In this document: piece by piece, positions 30,311 through 39,796 of the stretch
Layout of the letters: the number at the start of each line of letters is the position of its first letter
How positions within the stretch are numbered: the stretch's first letter is position 1
DNA from: a virus
Lineage: Duplodnaviria; Caudoviricetes
Strand: one strand, 5' to 3'
Virus record (IMG/VR): IMGVR_UViG_3300049004_000016
Coordinates: 1-64,000 of that record
DNA: 64,000 nucleotides
The notes under the pieces: generated by a model
The model's input: the letters and a program-made list of their open reading frames with translations, nothing else
What the model was told of the DNA's origin: nothing
Databases searched by the model: none
Position numbers and translations under genes: made by a program

Positions 30311-30933
30311 TTATCCCCCTCGATCACGTTCTCATCCAAGATCGCCTCTACCCCGACAGCGCAAGCGATCATCATGGTCATTTCCCGGACATGCCGGCCG
30401 ACACCGGCCAACCTCAACGCCCTGGTGTCGGACTCTTTCCACGGCTCCCGCAGCGGCACCAGAATCGCCCGCTCCGTCTCGCGTTCCAGGTCCGCGATCA
30501 CAACAGCCCGGTGCTCCGGCAGCGCGTCCTTGGGTCCTTTCCCGTCAGGACGGCGCATCGGTATCCCCTGGACCGACCACGACTGCCACAGCACCAACCT
30601 GATCGGTGGGACCTCCTGGTCGCGTTGGACCTCCTGGGGGAACGCCAGGCGCAACCTGGCCCCCGCCGGTAGCTCCACCCGCTCCACCACCGGCACATCA
30701 GTGGGCTCCCACGCGTACTCCTCGGTGACCTTGGAGTACTTCGGGACGTCGTCGCGCCTGCGGATGACACCCCTGTCTCTGAGCTGGCCCCGGTACTTCG
30801 CTAGGCGTTGGCGGCTCAACGGGCGCCCCCCGGTACCCATCGACTTGGCCAGCTCAGCCATAGGGACCTTGTCCACGATGGCTCGGTAGACCTGGTACTC
30901 CCGTGGTGGCAGCTCAACGGTCTGCTGGCTCAT
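30307..30933 (-). CDS. hypothetical protein with N-terminal HTH-like region
   Basis: LPPREYQVY...MAELAKSM...LSRQRLAKY. Confidence 0.5.
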   Translation of the reverse strand: MSQQTVELPPREYQVYRAIVDKVPMAELAKSMGTGGRPLSRQRLAKYRGQLRDRGVIRRRDDVPKYSKVTEEYAWEPTDVPVVERVELPAGARLRLAFPQEVQRDQEVPPIRLVLWQSWSVQGIPMRRPDGKGPKDALPEHRAVVIADLERETERAILVPLREPWKESDTRALRLAGVGRHVREMTMMIACAVGVEAILDENVIEGDK

Positions 30934-31134
30934 CACTGTCTCCCCCTTTCCATTTGCACTCCCGTTCCGCGACCGCTTGCGCGTCGCATATCGCCATGCG
31001 GACGCGGCCCAATGCCACGAACTTGTCCGACCCGAACGCCTCCGGTCGTTGGAGGTCACCGGTGAGGTCCATCAGCGCTTCCAGCTCATCGCACAACGTG
31101 GTGTGCGCCCACGAGCGCTGGTTGTAGTCGGTCC

Positions 31135-31665
31135 TCATACCGGCCCACCGACACGCGGGTGGAACGTGCGCAACGTCAACCCGGCGCCCCGGTGGACACG
31201 GAGCTGCCCGGTGATGTCCTGGCCCAGTGGGGTCAGCGCGTAGGTCGCGCGGGTCATCAGCTCGGCTTCCACCAGCCCTGTCACCAGCGTCCCGGCCGGT
31301 GCCGGCGGCATGGTGACGGTGACCAGACCGGCCGCGATCATGTCGTCTATGCAGTCGTAATCGTCGTGGTCTGGTAGCTCACCGTCGCGCAGCTTGGTGG
31401 GGTACTGGCTGCCGTCTCCGGTGCCAAACAACAGTCCACGGCGCTTCGCGTGGAGCATGGCCGGGTGTCGCCCGGCGTGGCAGCGCATGTGGTCGTGAGC
31501 GACCCGGCCCCGGTTGTCCACGATGCGGCACTCCAGGTACATCAGCGTGGACCAGTGGTCTTTGCCCCACCGCTCCATGGGCACTCGATCGTCGCCGACC
31601 GGTTCGTATTGTGGGGTCGGATTGTCGTGACCGAGCGTGTTCAGCAGGTCAACAGGGTTGTTCAT
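31135..31665 (-). CDS. conserved phage hypothetical protein
   Basis: WGKDHWST..Y.E, HMRC, YPT.L, HDDYDC motifs. Confidence 0.6.
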   Translation of the reverse strand: MNNPVDLLNTLGHDNPTPQYEPVGDDRVPMERWGKDHWSTLMYLECRIVDNRGRVAHDHMRCHAGRHPAMLHAKRRGLLFGTGDGSQYPTKLRDGELPDHDDYDCIDDMIAAGLVTVTMPPAPAGTLVTGLVEAELMTRATYALTPLGQDITGQLRVHRGAGLTLRTFHPRVGGPV

Positions 31666-32009
31666 GGTGTGCCCGCCCGGTGGGCCAGCGCGGCAGTGAT
31701 ACCCGCGTGCCACTGGCTGTAGTGGCCACCGCTCTTAGCGCGGACCACGTCGCGTGCCTTGAGCGCGGCGACGACCATGTCCTCCGTTACCTCTGGCGCC
31801 GGGTCCGGTTCCTGGGCGTGGAGCACAGCAGCGGCCATGTCCCGGTAGTCCTGACGGGACAGCTCACGGCCCAACTGGTGTTCGGTTTCCACGCTGACCG
31901 CCCGGCTTAGCACCCCAGCCAGGGCCTCGATCACGGCGTCGGTTACCTCAGTCATCTGCGTTACCTCCGTGTCTGGTCGGTGCCGTCGCCCCGAACCCTG
32001 TTGACAATG

Positions 32010-32038
32010 ACCCTACACCCAACGCGGGTCGCCGTCAC
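32010..32038 (-). promoter_or_regulatory. class I promoter variant
   Basis: GTGACG-gcGACC...GGGTG-TAGGGT. Confidence 0.55.
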
Positions 32039-32044
32039 TACCGG

Positions 32045-33409
32045 TCAATCCCCGATCCGCGCCTGGTGACCCCGCCACCGCAACTCCACCTCACCGCACC
32101 GCCCGAACCGATTCTTAGCGATGATCATGGTGATCATCCCAGTCGGCCGGTCCTCCTCATCCGTCTCGTGATGCAACATCAACACCACATCAGCGTCCTG
32201 CTCCGTCGAACCCGACTCCCGCAAATCCGACAACCCCGGCTTACGCCCAGCCTTGGAGTTATCCCGGTTGAGCTGCGCAGCCGTCACTATCGGGATGCCC
32301 AACTCTTTGGCCAGCAACTTGATCGACTTGGAGATGTGCGCGACCTGCTGTTCCCGCACCACCTTGCGTGACGTCGGCTCCACCAACTGCAAATAATCGA
32401 GGAACGCCAACGCCAACCCGCTATTGCGCACCAGCGACCGGCACACCTGGGCGATGTACTCGATCGTCAACCCAGCCCGATCAATCACCCACAACGGCAT
32501 GTCCCGAAAGGACTCCCCGTACTCCGTGACCCTCCGGTGAGTCTCATCCGACATCGCGTACTTGACGATTTCGGTGTACTCCGCCGCGCCACCAGCCGCC
32601 AGGATCTTCCCCGTCACCTCAAACGAGCTCATCTCAGCGCTGACCACCAACGCCGGAAACCCCGCCTCAGCCGCCCCCGCCGCGATGTTCAACCCACCCG
32701 TGGTCTTGCCGGCGCCCGGCCGCGCCGCGATCAGATACGACCTACCGGGGTGGAACCCACCACCCAACAGAACGTTGATCTCCGGCCACGGCGTCGGCAC
32801 CACCTCCCCGACCTCGATGCCCCCGGCCATCTGCTTGGTCCAGGCGTCGTACAGATCCCCGAACTGGACCACGTCACCGTCATGGTCACCGGTGGTCGTG
32901 GCCGCCTCCACTTCCTTGCGGACGAACGCCAGCACGTCAGCCATCGACGCACCCCGGTTGCCGTGCTCGGCGAGCTGCCTGATCCGCAGGCCCGCTTCCC
33001 GGACTCGGCGTAGCACCGCCTTGTCGGCCACGATCCCCGAGTAGTACGTGACGTTGCTCGCCGTGGGCACCACCTGGGTCAGGGTGTGCAGGTACGGGGC
33101 GCCACCACACCGGGTCAACTGGCCGCGTGCCTCCAGCTCGTTGGCCACGGTCACCGGGTCCACCGCCTCGCCCTTGGCCCACAGCTCGGTGATCACTTCC
33201 CAGATTTGGCCGTGCGTCGGGCGGTAGAAGTCCTTGACGGTCAACCCGCCCGCGATCTCATCCAACGCCCGGTGGGAGATCATCACACTGCCCAGAACCG
33301 CTTGCTCCGCGCGCAAATCCTGGGGTGGTTGGGTGTCCTCGGTTGGTTCCGGGTCCAGGTCCTCCTCCGGTGGTGGCTCCGGTGGTAGGTACTCCTCGGT
33401 GATGGTCAC
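32045..33409 (-). CDS. dnaB: DnaB-like replicative helicase
   Basis: PPQDLRAEQAVLG, AARPGAGKT, SAEMS, DYLQL, AQLNR, DLRESGSTEQDAD, KNRFG. Confidence 0.97.
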   Translation of the reverse strand: MTITEEYLPPEPPPEEDLDPEPTEDTQPPQDLRAEQAVLGSVMISHRALDEIAGGLTVKDFYRPTHGQIWEVITELWAKGEAVDPVTVANELEARGQLTRCGGAPYLHTLTQVVPTASNVTYYSGIVADKAVLRRVREAGLRIRQLAEHGNRGASMADVLAFVRKEVEAATTTGDHDGDVVQFGDLYDAWTKQMAGGIEVGEVVPTPWPEINVLLGGGFHPGRSYLIAARPGAGKTTGGLNIAAGAAEAGFPALVVSAEMSSFEVTGKILAAGGAAEYTEIVKYAMSDETHRRVTEYGESFRDMPLWVIDRAGLTIEYIAQVCRSLVRNSGLALAFLDYLQLVEPTSRKVVREQQVAHISKSIKLLAKELGIPIVTAAQLNRDNSKAGRKPGLSDLRESGSTEQDADVVLMLHHETDEEDRPTGMITMIIAKNRFGRCGEVELRWRGHQARIGD

Positions 33410-34050
33410 GACCGGCGCCGGTCTGCGCCTTTGAAGCTCACCGTCGTTGTCATCGCACGCAACCGTGACGCCACCCGCTCACCCAGCGTCGGCTCCAGCT
33501 CACGCGGCAGCAGGTTGCTGGTGATGATCGTCGGCTTGTTCCACGCATACCGGTGATCCAGCAGCCGGTAGTTCTGCTCAGCCGCCCACTCCGTGTCCTT
33601 CGACGCACCCATGTCGTCAATGACCAACACCGCGACCTTGGAGTACCGCTCGAACTCCTCCTCAGAGTCGATACGCGGTCGCGGTCGCAGCTTCGCGACG
33701 AACCCAGCCTCAGTGATGCACTCCCACCGGCACCGCGCACCCGACTGGACCAGCGCCTGGATCGCGCCGTACGCGGCGTAGGTCTTGCCCGTGCCCACCG
33801 GACCCAGGAACAACAGCGACGGGCCGCGCACGATCGCCGGGCACGGGCTGCGGTCATCTTCCCTCGCCAACCGCACCAGCGCCTGCATCCACCCCAGGAT
33901 CAAGGGGTGCTCCACGGTCGCGCCCACGTACAGCGGGGGCACCCGCGTCCGCACCGACGCCGCACCCTCGGTCAGGTTCTCCTCGATCAGGTGCCGATCG
34001 AAAACCGGGTTGTCGTCCCCGGTGACCGACCCGAGTTCATCGGTGCTCAC
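33406..34050 (-). CDS. DnaC/IstB-like helicase loader ATPase
   Basis: GPVGTGKT, LVIDDMG, RY...PTIITSN, RVASRL. Confidence 0.92.
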   Translation of the reverse strand: MSTDELGSVTGDDNPVFDRHLIEENLTEGAASVRTRVPPLYVGATVEHPLILGWMQALVRLAREDDRSPCPAIVRGPSLLFLGPVGTGKTYAAYGAIQALVQSGARCRWECITEAGFVAKLRPRPRIDSEEEFERYSKVAVLVIDDMGASKDTEWAAEQNYRLLDHRYAWNKPTIITSNLLPRELEPTLGERVASRLRAMTTTVSFKGADRRRS

Positions 34051-34325
34051 AGGGCCACCGCCCCAAGCTCGACGCGCCGGGCGCCTTCACTCGCAGCCCT
34101 GTACCTGGTGCTGAACGCCAACCCCGGCACGTCGGGGTGGGCGTAGAAGTAGCTCCCCACAGACGTGCGTTGACGGTGCCCAGCCCGGTGGGACGCTGCA
34201 AGGCTGGCCCGCTGCTCGCTGGTGTACCGCTGGAAGTACCGCACCACCCGCTTGGCCTCGATCTTCACCGCTTCGTCATCCATCACTGCCTCCGTGTCGT
34301 CGCCGGGACGTCCCCGGTCATCGGG

Positions 34326-34354
34326 TGTATCGCTGCTGGTAGGCACGGTGTTAC
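34326..34354 (-). promoter_or_regulatory. class II SigD-like promoter upstream of loader/helicase genes
   Basis: GTAAC-N17-CGATACA. Confidence 0.7.
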
Positions 34355-35404
34355 TCACCACGCCTCGTCGTAGACGCCCTGGTCGGCCAGCGCTGGGCTC
34401 TTGAAATCCCTGATCCGGTTCGGCTGCGCCTGCCGATACCCCGCGACCCGCGCCGCTGCCGTCAACTCCCGCTCCAACGACCACCAACCCTGCCGGCCAG
34501 CGGTCTTCGCCGACTCGATCAGCCGCTCCACCGAGTTCCCTGCCGCTAGGAGCGCCTTCGCTTCCTTGCCGACCTGCCCACACCGGTAGCCGGGTGGCTC
34601 CGCACCGGTCGTGCGGTAGGCATCGACCCACGCCGCCACAACGTCACCGGCGTTCTTCGCGCGGGCCTCAGCGTCAGGATCGGGCGCCTTGCCGCGCTTA
34701 CGGGACTTCCCGGCCGGAGGCTGACCGCCGAAGAGGTCGGTGACCGTCGCCCCCTCCCCGCCCATGATCGACTCGGCGGGACTTTGGGTACCAACCTCCG
34801 GTGGTGCCGTCCGGCTGGTGCGCCTAGCCGTTGCCGTTGAACCCCCGGCCTCGACGGTGGGATCAACTCCGCCCGCATCGGCGCGAGCCGTTGCGGAAGG
34901 TTTTGAGGTTCTTGGTTGTACTTGTTGTGTTTCAACTTGTAATCCTTCTGACCCCCCTGAGGGGGGTGACCGGTCACCCCTGATTTCGGGGTATCCCCCC
35001 CCCGAACGGGTGACCCCTGATTTCGGGGTACCCCCCTGACGTGCTGCGTAGTAGGAGGTCCGGTCTCGCGGCCCCCGGTCGTAGTCGGGCGGTGGCGACA
35101 GGTGGACCACATAGCGGTTGTGCCGGCCGTGTTGAGCGGCGACGGTTTGGACGTCAACGGCGCCGATCTCGACCAGTTCCTTGATCGCGTTCTGGATGGT
35201 TTCGGCCTTCTTGACTCCGAGCATGGACGCCAGCGTTCGTTGCGATGGCCATGCTTCGTCGTCGTTGAGTCCGTCGCAGTGCATCCGCAGGAGGCCGTAG
35301 ACGCGTACGGCGCGGTCAGAGATCGGCGCTAGGAGGACCCAGTCGCCTACGGAGGTGTAGCCGCTGGGTCGTCCGGTGCGGACCTCGAACTGGGTAGTGC
35401 TCAT
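34355..35404 (-). CDS. phage replication initiator (N-terminal HTH)
   Basis: VYGLL...AWPSQRTLASMLG...IQNAIKELVEIGAV; upstream of loader and DnaB. Confidence 0.8.
   Translation of the reverse strand: MSTTQFEVRTGRPSGYTSVGDWVLLAPISDRAVRVYGLLRMHCDGLNDDEAWPSQRTLASMLGVKKAETIQNAIKELVEIGAVDVQTVAAQHGRHNRYVVHLSPPPDYDRGPRDRTSYYAARQGGTPKSGVTRSGGGYPEIRGDRSPPSGGSEGLQVETQQVQPRTSKPSATARADAGGVDPTVEAGGSTATARRTSRTAPPEVGTQSPAESIMGGEGATVTDLFGGQPPAGKSRKRGKAPDPDAEARAKNAGDVVAAWVDAYRTTGAEPPGYRCGQVGKEAKALLAAGNSVERLIESAKTAGRQGWWSLERELTAAARVAGYRQAQPNRIRDFKSPALADQGVYDEAW
34900..35037. repeat. candidate replication origin: 18-bp direct repeats plus AT-rich tract inside initiator gene
   Basis: ACCCCTGATTTCGGGGTA at 34976-34993 and 35013-35030; T-rich tract at ~34900-34948. 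Confidence 0.6.
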
Positions 35405-35679
35405 CTGTCCACCGCCATGGCTGGGATGTTGAAGATCAGGTACTCCCCGTTGATTTGGCGGGGGTCGACCTCGATCTCTCGGATGTCGATCAGGCTGTTG
35501 ATGGCGCGGCCCACCGCTGAGACGCTGGGTAGCGCGCACATCTGGGCGATCGTGGGGTAATTGGGGACGACGCCTTCGCCGTTGGTGTCTGCGTTGTGGG
35601 CGAGGGCGAGGAACACCAGCCGGTTGGTGCCGCGTGTCTTGGAGTTCAGCCAGACCCACGCGGTGGCTTCCTGGCTCAT
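35401..35679 (-). CDS. HTH protein (initiator-type N-terminal domain)
   Basis: MSQEATAWVW...RLVFLALAHNAD..G...PNYPTIAQMC. Confidence 0.75.
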   Translation of the reverse strand: MSQEATAWVWLNSKTRGTNRLVFLALAHNADTNGEGVVPNYPTIAQMCALPSVSAVGRAINSLIDIREIEVDPRQINGEYLIFNIPAMAVDR

Positions 35680-35883
35680 CGGGTCACCTCACCGTCTGCG
35701 GTGAGAGCCCCGGCATAGACAAGCTCAGCGTCGGGCGATGGGTGTCCGCAGAAGGGGCATTGCTGTTCCCGCATGCGGTTCAGGGTTTGGGTGTAGCTGT
35801 CGGTGCAGTTCCCGCAGGTGACTTCGCGGGTTGCTACGGCGGCGCTCATCGGGTCCACCGCCCGCTACCAGCGTCGGTGCCCA

Positions 35884-35929
35884 GGAAAGAAAACGGCCCC
35901 AGAGCACGCTGTCCAGGCGGCTCTGGGGC
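35884..35929 (-). terminator. intrinsic terminator in leader of replication operon
   Basis: GCCCCAGAGC / GCTCTGGGGC stem followed by CGTTTTCTTTCC on minus strand. Confidence 0.7.
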
Positions 35930-36120
35930 AACTGCTTCGTTGCACCCGCTGAGAGGTGACGGTGGCAGTGTAATGGATACAGGAAAATCGGTGCACGTCA
36001 TGGGCGTTCCTCTCAGCGGTGGCCTGACCTCTCGCCCGGTCGGCCTAGTTGGTCGCCTTACCGGCCTGGACACCCGGTAACGCGCGGTTGGTAACACTAC
36101 CTCGGATCAACTCCACTGAT

Positions 36121-36149
36121 GGTGTCGTTCCGTGGTCCCGCTACGTTAC
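36121..36149 (-). promoter_or_regulatory. class II promoter variant driving leftward operon
   Basis: GTAAC-N17-CGACACC. Confidence 0.55.
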
Positions 36150-36185
36150 GCCTAGTGGTCGACTGTCACGCCAACCACTAGACTG

Positions 36186-36214
36186 TTGACACTGACCCGG
36201 CAGGGGGTTAGGTT
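36186..36214 (+). promoter_or_regulatory. class I SigA-like promoter driving rightward operon
   Basis: TTGACA-ctGACC...GGGGGT-TAGGTT. Confidence 0.78.
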
Positions 36215-36258
36215 GGTGTTGGTGGTTGACGGACCACCCCAAAGACACGGAGGCCCTG

Positions 36259-36591
36259 ATGGGAACCACATGGCACGCCAAATACCCTGGCCAGCCCGAC
36301 GATGAGCCCGGCTTGCACATCGGCAAATTCTCTGGTGGGTGGGAGTTCTTGTTCCGCGCGCACACCGAGTTGGGATTGACGTCGAGCACCGCGTGGCGCC
36401 GGTTCTTAGACCACCCGTGGGTGACGATCGTCGCTGAGACTGGCGTGGAGGTCACCGCCAGTGAGTTCTGGGAAGACGTGGCCCGCCGGTCCGGTCACCG
36501 CCAGCACGAGGAAGACGCCCAGGCCCAGTTGGGTGACCGGATGTGGCGCGACTCCGCTGGTCATGTGTTCTTCAACGTCGAGTTCTGCTGA
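36259..36591 (+). CDS. conserved phage hypothetical protein
   Basis: MGT...LHIGKFSGGWEFLF...EF; ACACGGAGG RBS. Confidence 0.65.
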   Translation: MGTTWHAKYPGQPDDEPGLHIGKFSGGWEFLFRAHTELGLTSSTAWRRFLDHPWVTIVAETGVEVTASEFWEDVARRSGHRQHEEDAQAQLGDRMWRDSAGHVFFNVEFC

Positions 36592-36670
36592 TCTACCCGG
36601 TGGGCAAGTCCTGTGCGAGAGGGCCTGGACCGCTGCCCACCGGGGTTACACCGACACGGATGGAGAGGCA

Positions 36671-37126
36671 ATGATCGACATCACCAGCAGGCCGGAGTAC
36701 AACCCGCTCGGCACCGTCAGGGGCAGCATCGGTGGCGGCTCCTGGGTCCTGACCGGTGTGTTCCTGCCAACCCCGGCACCCAACATGTGGGTATCGGTGC
36801 TCACCGGTGAGCATGTGACGCACCTGATGATCTCCCTGTCAGGGATGCCCGTGATCGGTGCAGTGCCAGGCACACCAGCGTGGGAGCTGTGGAAGAACTA
36901 CCGGATGTCCGTCGACACACAGTGCACGGCAGAGACGGATCTGGCTGACGGGCCAACCCGGTGCACGTTCGACGCCGACCACCGAGGGCAGCACTCATTC
37001 CAAGACCAGGTCATCAGACTGTGCGCCATCCAGCGCAGCGGCAGCTACTGCCGGCGGTTACGCGGCCACGACGGCCCCTGCGCCTGGCCGCCAGACGATG
37101 GCGACCACGAAGACACCTACCAGTAA
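36671..37126 (+). CDS. hypothetical protein with two C-x-C-x-H-x-G-x-H/C modules
   Basis: GGAGAGG RBS; Cys/His modules at C-terminus. Confidence 0.55.
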   Translation: MIDITSRPEYNPLGTVRGSIGGGSWVLTGVFLPTPAPNMWVSVLTGEHVTHLMISLSGMPVIGAVPGTPAWELWKNYRMSVDTQCTAETDLADGPTRCTFDADHRGQHSFQDQVIRLCAIQRSGSYCRRLRGHDGPCAWPPDDGDHEDTYQ

Positions 37127-37139
37127 CGGAGCGTGCGTT

Positions 37140-38366
37140 GTGAAGATCTATGACCTGCTGGACATGGAAATGCTGGTCCACGCGCTGATCCCTGGCGGGT
37201 ACATCAGGGCACAGACCCACCCCGCGTGGCCTGACCTGGTGATCCTGAACTACACCGAGAAGTGCGCGTTCGAGCGCGCGTGGAACAAGATCACCAGCAC
37301 CTGCCGTGGCTTGATCTACAACGTGGCCACGGGGGAGGTCCTGGCGCGCCCGTTCCCGAAGTTCTTCAACTACGGCGAGCCCGGCGCACCGGAGATCCCC
37401 TTGGACACGCGGGTGGAGGTCACGGACAAACTGGACGGGTCACTCGGGATTCTGTACCCCACCCCGGATGGTGAGTGGGCGGTCGCGACTCGGGGCAGCT
37501 TTGATTCCGAGCAGGCACGCCACGCAACCAAGGTGTGGCAGCGCCGGTACGCGGACCAGTGCGGTCGGCTGGGGATTCCCTTCGCTGGTATGACGCTGCT
37601 GTTCGAGATCATCTACCCCGCCAACCGGATCGTGGTCGACTACAGCGACCTCGATGACCTGGTGCTGCTGGGTGCGGTGGAAATTGAGCACGGGTACTCG
37701 TTCAGCCCGTATGAGGATGAGGCAGTCGGCGACTGGCCCGGCCCGCGTGCGGTGTCCTTCGGGCATCCGACGCTGGCTGATGCGTTGGCGATGAAACCCC
37801 GTCCCGGTGCGGAGGGTGTGGTGGTGCGCCGGTGGCACTCCGAGGACAGGATCAAGCTCAAGCAGGACGAGTACGTGACCTTGCACCGTTTGATCACAGG
37901 GTGCACGGCGCGTCGGTTGTGGGAGAGCCTGGCGGTCAACGCGTGCGCGCCGCTGGGTGACACCAAGTCCCTGACCCGGCGGTTGTTCCTGGCACCGGAC
38001 CGTATCAACGGGATTCTGGAGATCGGCCCCGGCTGGTTGGAGCCGTTCACCACGCAGGTACCGGAGGAGTTCCGGGACTGGGTGATCCAACGGGTCCAGG
38101 AGATGACTGACGCGATCGAGCGCCGCCGGATGATGCTGGAGTTCAGCTTCGGGTTCCTCCTGTCCCAGGCTGGCCTCCCGATCAACGCGCCACGGGACCG
38201 GGAGACCAGCAAGCGGTTCGTGGAGGTCGCCCGCGCACAGGCAGGGGATGACTTCAACCTGATGATGTCGTTCTGGCGCGGCCACGAGATCGAGTCCACG
38301 TTGTGGCGGGAGATCCGCCCGGAACACGAGCTGCCCTACCGGGCAGTGGATGAGTCGGTGGCGTGA
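37140..38366 (+). CDS. T4 Rnl1-family RNA ligase
   Basis: CRGLI, ARPFPKFFN, KLDGSLG (motif I), TRGSF, FEII, EGVVV, IKLK. Confidence 0.92.
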   Translation: MKIYDLLDMEMLVHALIPGGYIRAQTHPAWPDLVILNYTEKCAFERAWNKITSTCRGLIYNVATGEVLARPFPKFFNYGEPGAPEIPLDTRVEVTDKLDGSLGILYPTPDGEWAVATRGSFDSEQARHATKVWQRRYADQCGRLGIPFAGMTLLFEIIYPANRIVVDYSDLDDLVLLGAVEIEHGYSFSPYEDEAVGDWPGPRAVSFGHPTLADALAMKPRPGAEGVVVRRWHSEDRIKLKQDEYVTLHRLITGCTARRLWESLAVNACAPLGDTKSLTRRLFLAPDRINGILEIGPGWLEPFTTQVPEEFRDWVIQRVQEMTDAIERRRMMLEFSFGFLLSQAGLPINAPRDRETSKRFVEVARAQAGDDFNLMMSFWRGHEIESTLWREIRPEHELPYRAVDESVA

Positions 38367-39025
38367 TGCCGGCGCGGCGCGGGACTTGGCACCCGCCTCG
38401 CCCGGCGAGGAAACGCAAAGGCATCAGGCCGGGCATGTTGGTGATCTGCCCGTGGTGTGAGCGGTCGGGTGTGCACGTCACCAAGAAGGGTTTGATCGAG
38501 CATCCCGGTAGGGACCTCGACACCGGTGCGCCACCGTGTGTGGGGTCGGGTCAGCGGGTCGCTATCGGGGCGTTCGGTCGGATCATCAAGGAATCGGAGG
38601 CACGCAATGAGCAGGCACAGGCACAACCGGGATCACTACCCCAGGAGGCCACGGCCGGTGAACCGGCCACCGGAACGGAAACCGGAGCTGGCCGCGACGA
38701 CTCCCAAGACGCGGAGGAGCCGACCCCCGGTGATCCGGTACGTGCCGGTGGTCAGGCACCTGCGTCGGCCCAAGCCCACACCGGTGGACCCACCCACTGA
38801 CCCACCGACGTTTGAGGTGGAGATCGAGTACCGGCACCGGCAGGTTGTGTGGTTGGAGGTCGCGTTGCTGATGGCGGTCACCGCATGGATGGGCTACTAC
38901 GTATACGTCCAGCACTCGACCTCGGTGTTCTTCCCCGGCGACGCTAAGTGGGTGTTCTGGGTGATGGTGGGAGCCACAGTGTGGACCACGATCGACAAAC
39001 TCGTGGATGAAAGGGAGTAGGAGCG

Positions 39026-39724
39026 ATGGACGTTCTGCTACTGGGGGTGGTCGGTTCCCACGCCTACGGCATGGCCCGCCCAGACTCCGACGTCGACACG
39101 TTGGGGGTGTACGCCGAGGAAACGATCAAGTTCCATGGGCTGAACCCACCGACCCGCGACCAGGCCACCAAACACACCACCAACCCGGACCTGACCATGC
39201 ACGAGGCCGGCAAGTTCGCGCGCCTCGCCCTGGCGGCCAACCCCACGGTGATGGAGCTGCTGTGGCTGCCGAAGTACACCGAGGCCAGCGCACTGGGGTA
39301 TCGGCTCGTGGGGTTGCGTCGCCAGTTCCTGTCCCAGCGGCTGGTCAAAGATTCCTACCTGGGGTACGCGACCCAGCAGTTCGTCAAGTTGAAGCAGGCC
39401 GGGAGGTTCCCGGACGTGCCGGTCGCGCGGGTCGCCAAGCACGCCCGTCACTTGCTGCGTCTGGTGGAGCAGGGCACCCATTTGTGGGTCACCGGTGAGC
39501 TGGTTCTCAAGGTCCCCGACGCCAAGCGCGTGTTCGACTTCGGTGACCGGGTCGCTGATGGTGATGTCGAGGCAGCGAAGTGGGTCATGAAGCGCGCTGA
39601 GGAGACTTTCGCCCACTCGCCCACGGTGCTGGCGACCGCACCGGACGCCGCTGCGGTGGAGTCGTGGCTGTTGGATGTCCGCGCGGCGTATTACCCGAGG
39701 GCCACAGCCTCCGCCAGCGGTTGA
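39026..39724 (+). CDS. RlaP-like Pol-beta superfamily nucleotidyltransferase
   Basis: GSHAYG...DSDVD.LGVY, ANPTVMELL, YLGYA..Q, K..RH..RL. Confidence 0.85.
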   Translation: MDVLLLGVVGSHAYGMARPDSDVDTLGVYAEETIKFHGLNPPTRDQATKHTTNPDLTMHEAGKFARLALAANPTVMELLWLPKYTEASALGYRLVGLRRQFLSQRLVKDSYLGYATQQFVKLKQAGRFPDVPVARVAKHARHLLRLVEQGTHLWVTGELVLKVPDAKRVFDFGDRVADGDVEAAKWVMKRAEETFAHSPTVLATAPDAAAVESWLLDVRAAYYPRATASASG

Positions 39725-39749
39725 CCTTGACCCCCCATGGGGGTAGGTT
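39721..39749 (+). promoter_or_regulatory. class I promoter
   Basis: TTGACC-ttGACC...GGGGG-TAGGTT. Confidence 0.65.
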
Positions 39750-39796
39750 CATGGCTGTTGGCGACGGTCAACGACACGATACGGAGGGACAACGCA

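Noticed and set aside
29759-30889. Long plus-strand ORFs opposite ERF and other genes (many similar ones in the track)
   Set aside because: These are GC-rich antisense artefacts without RBS or motifs
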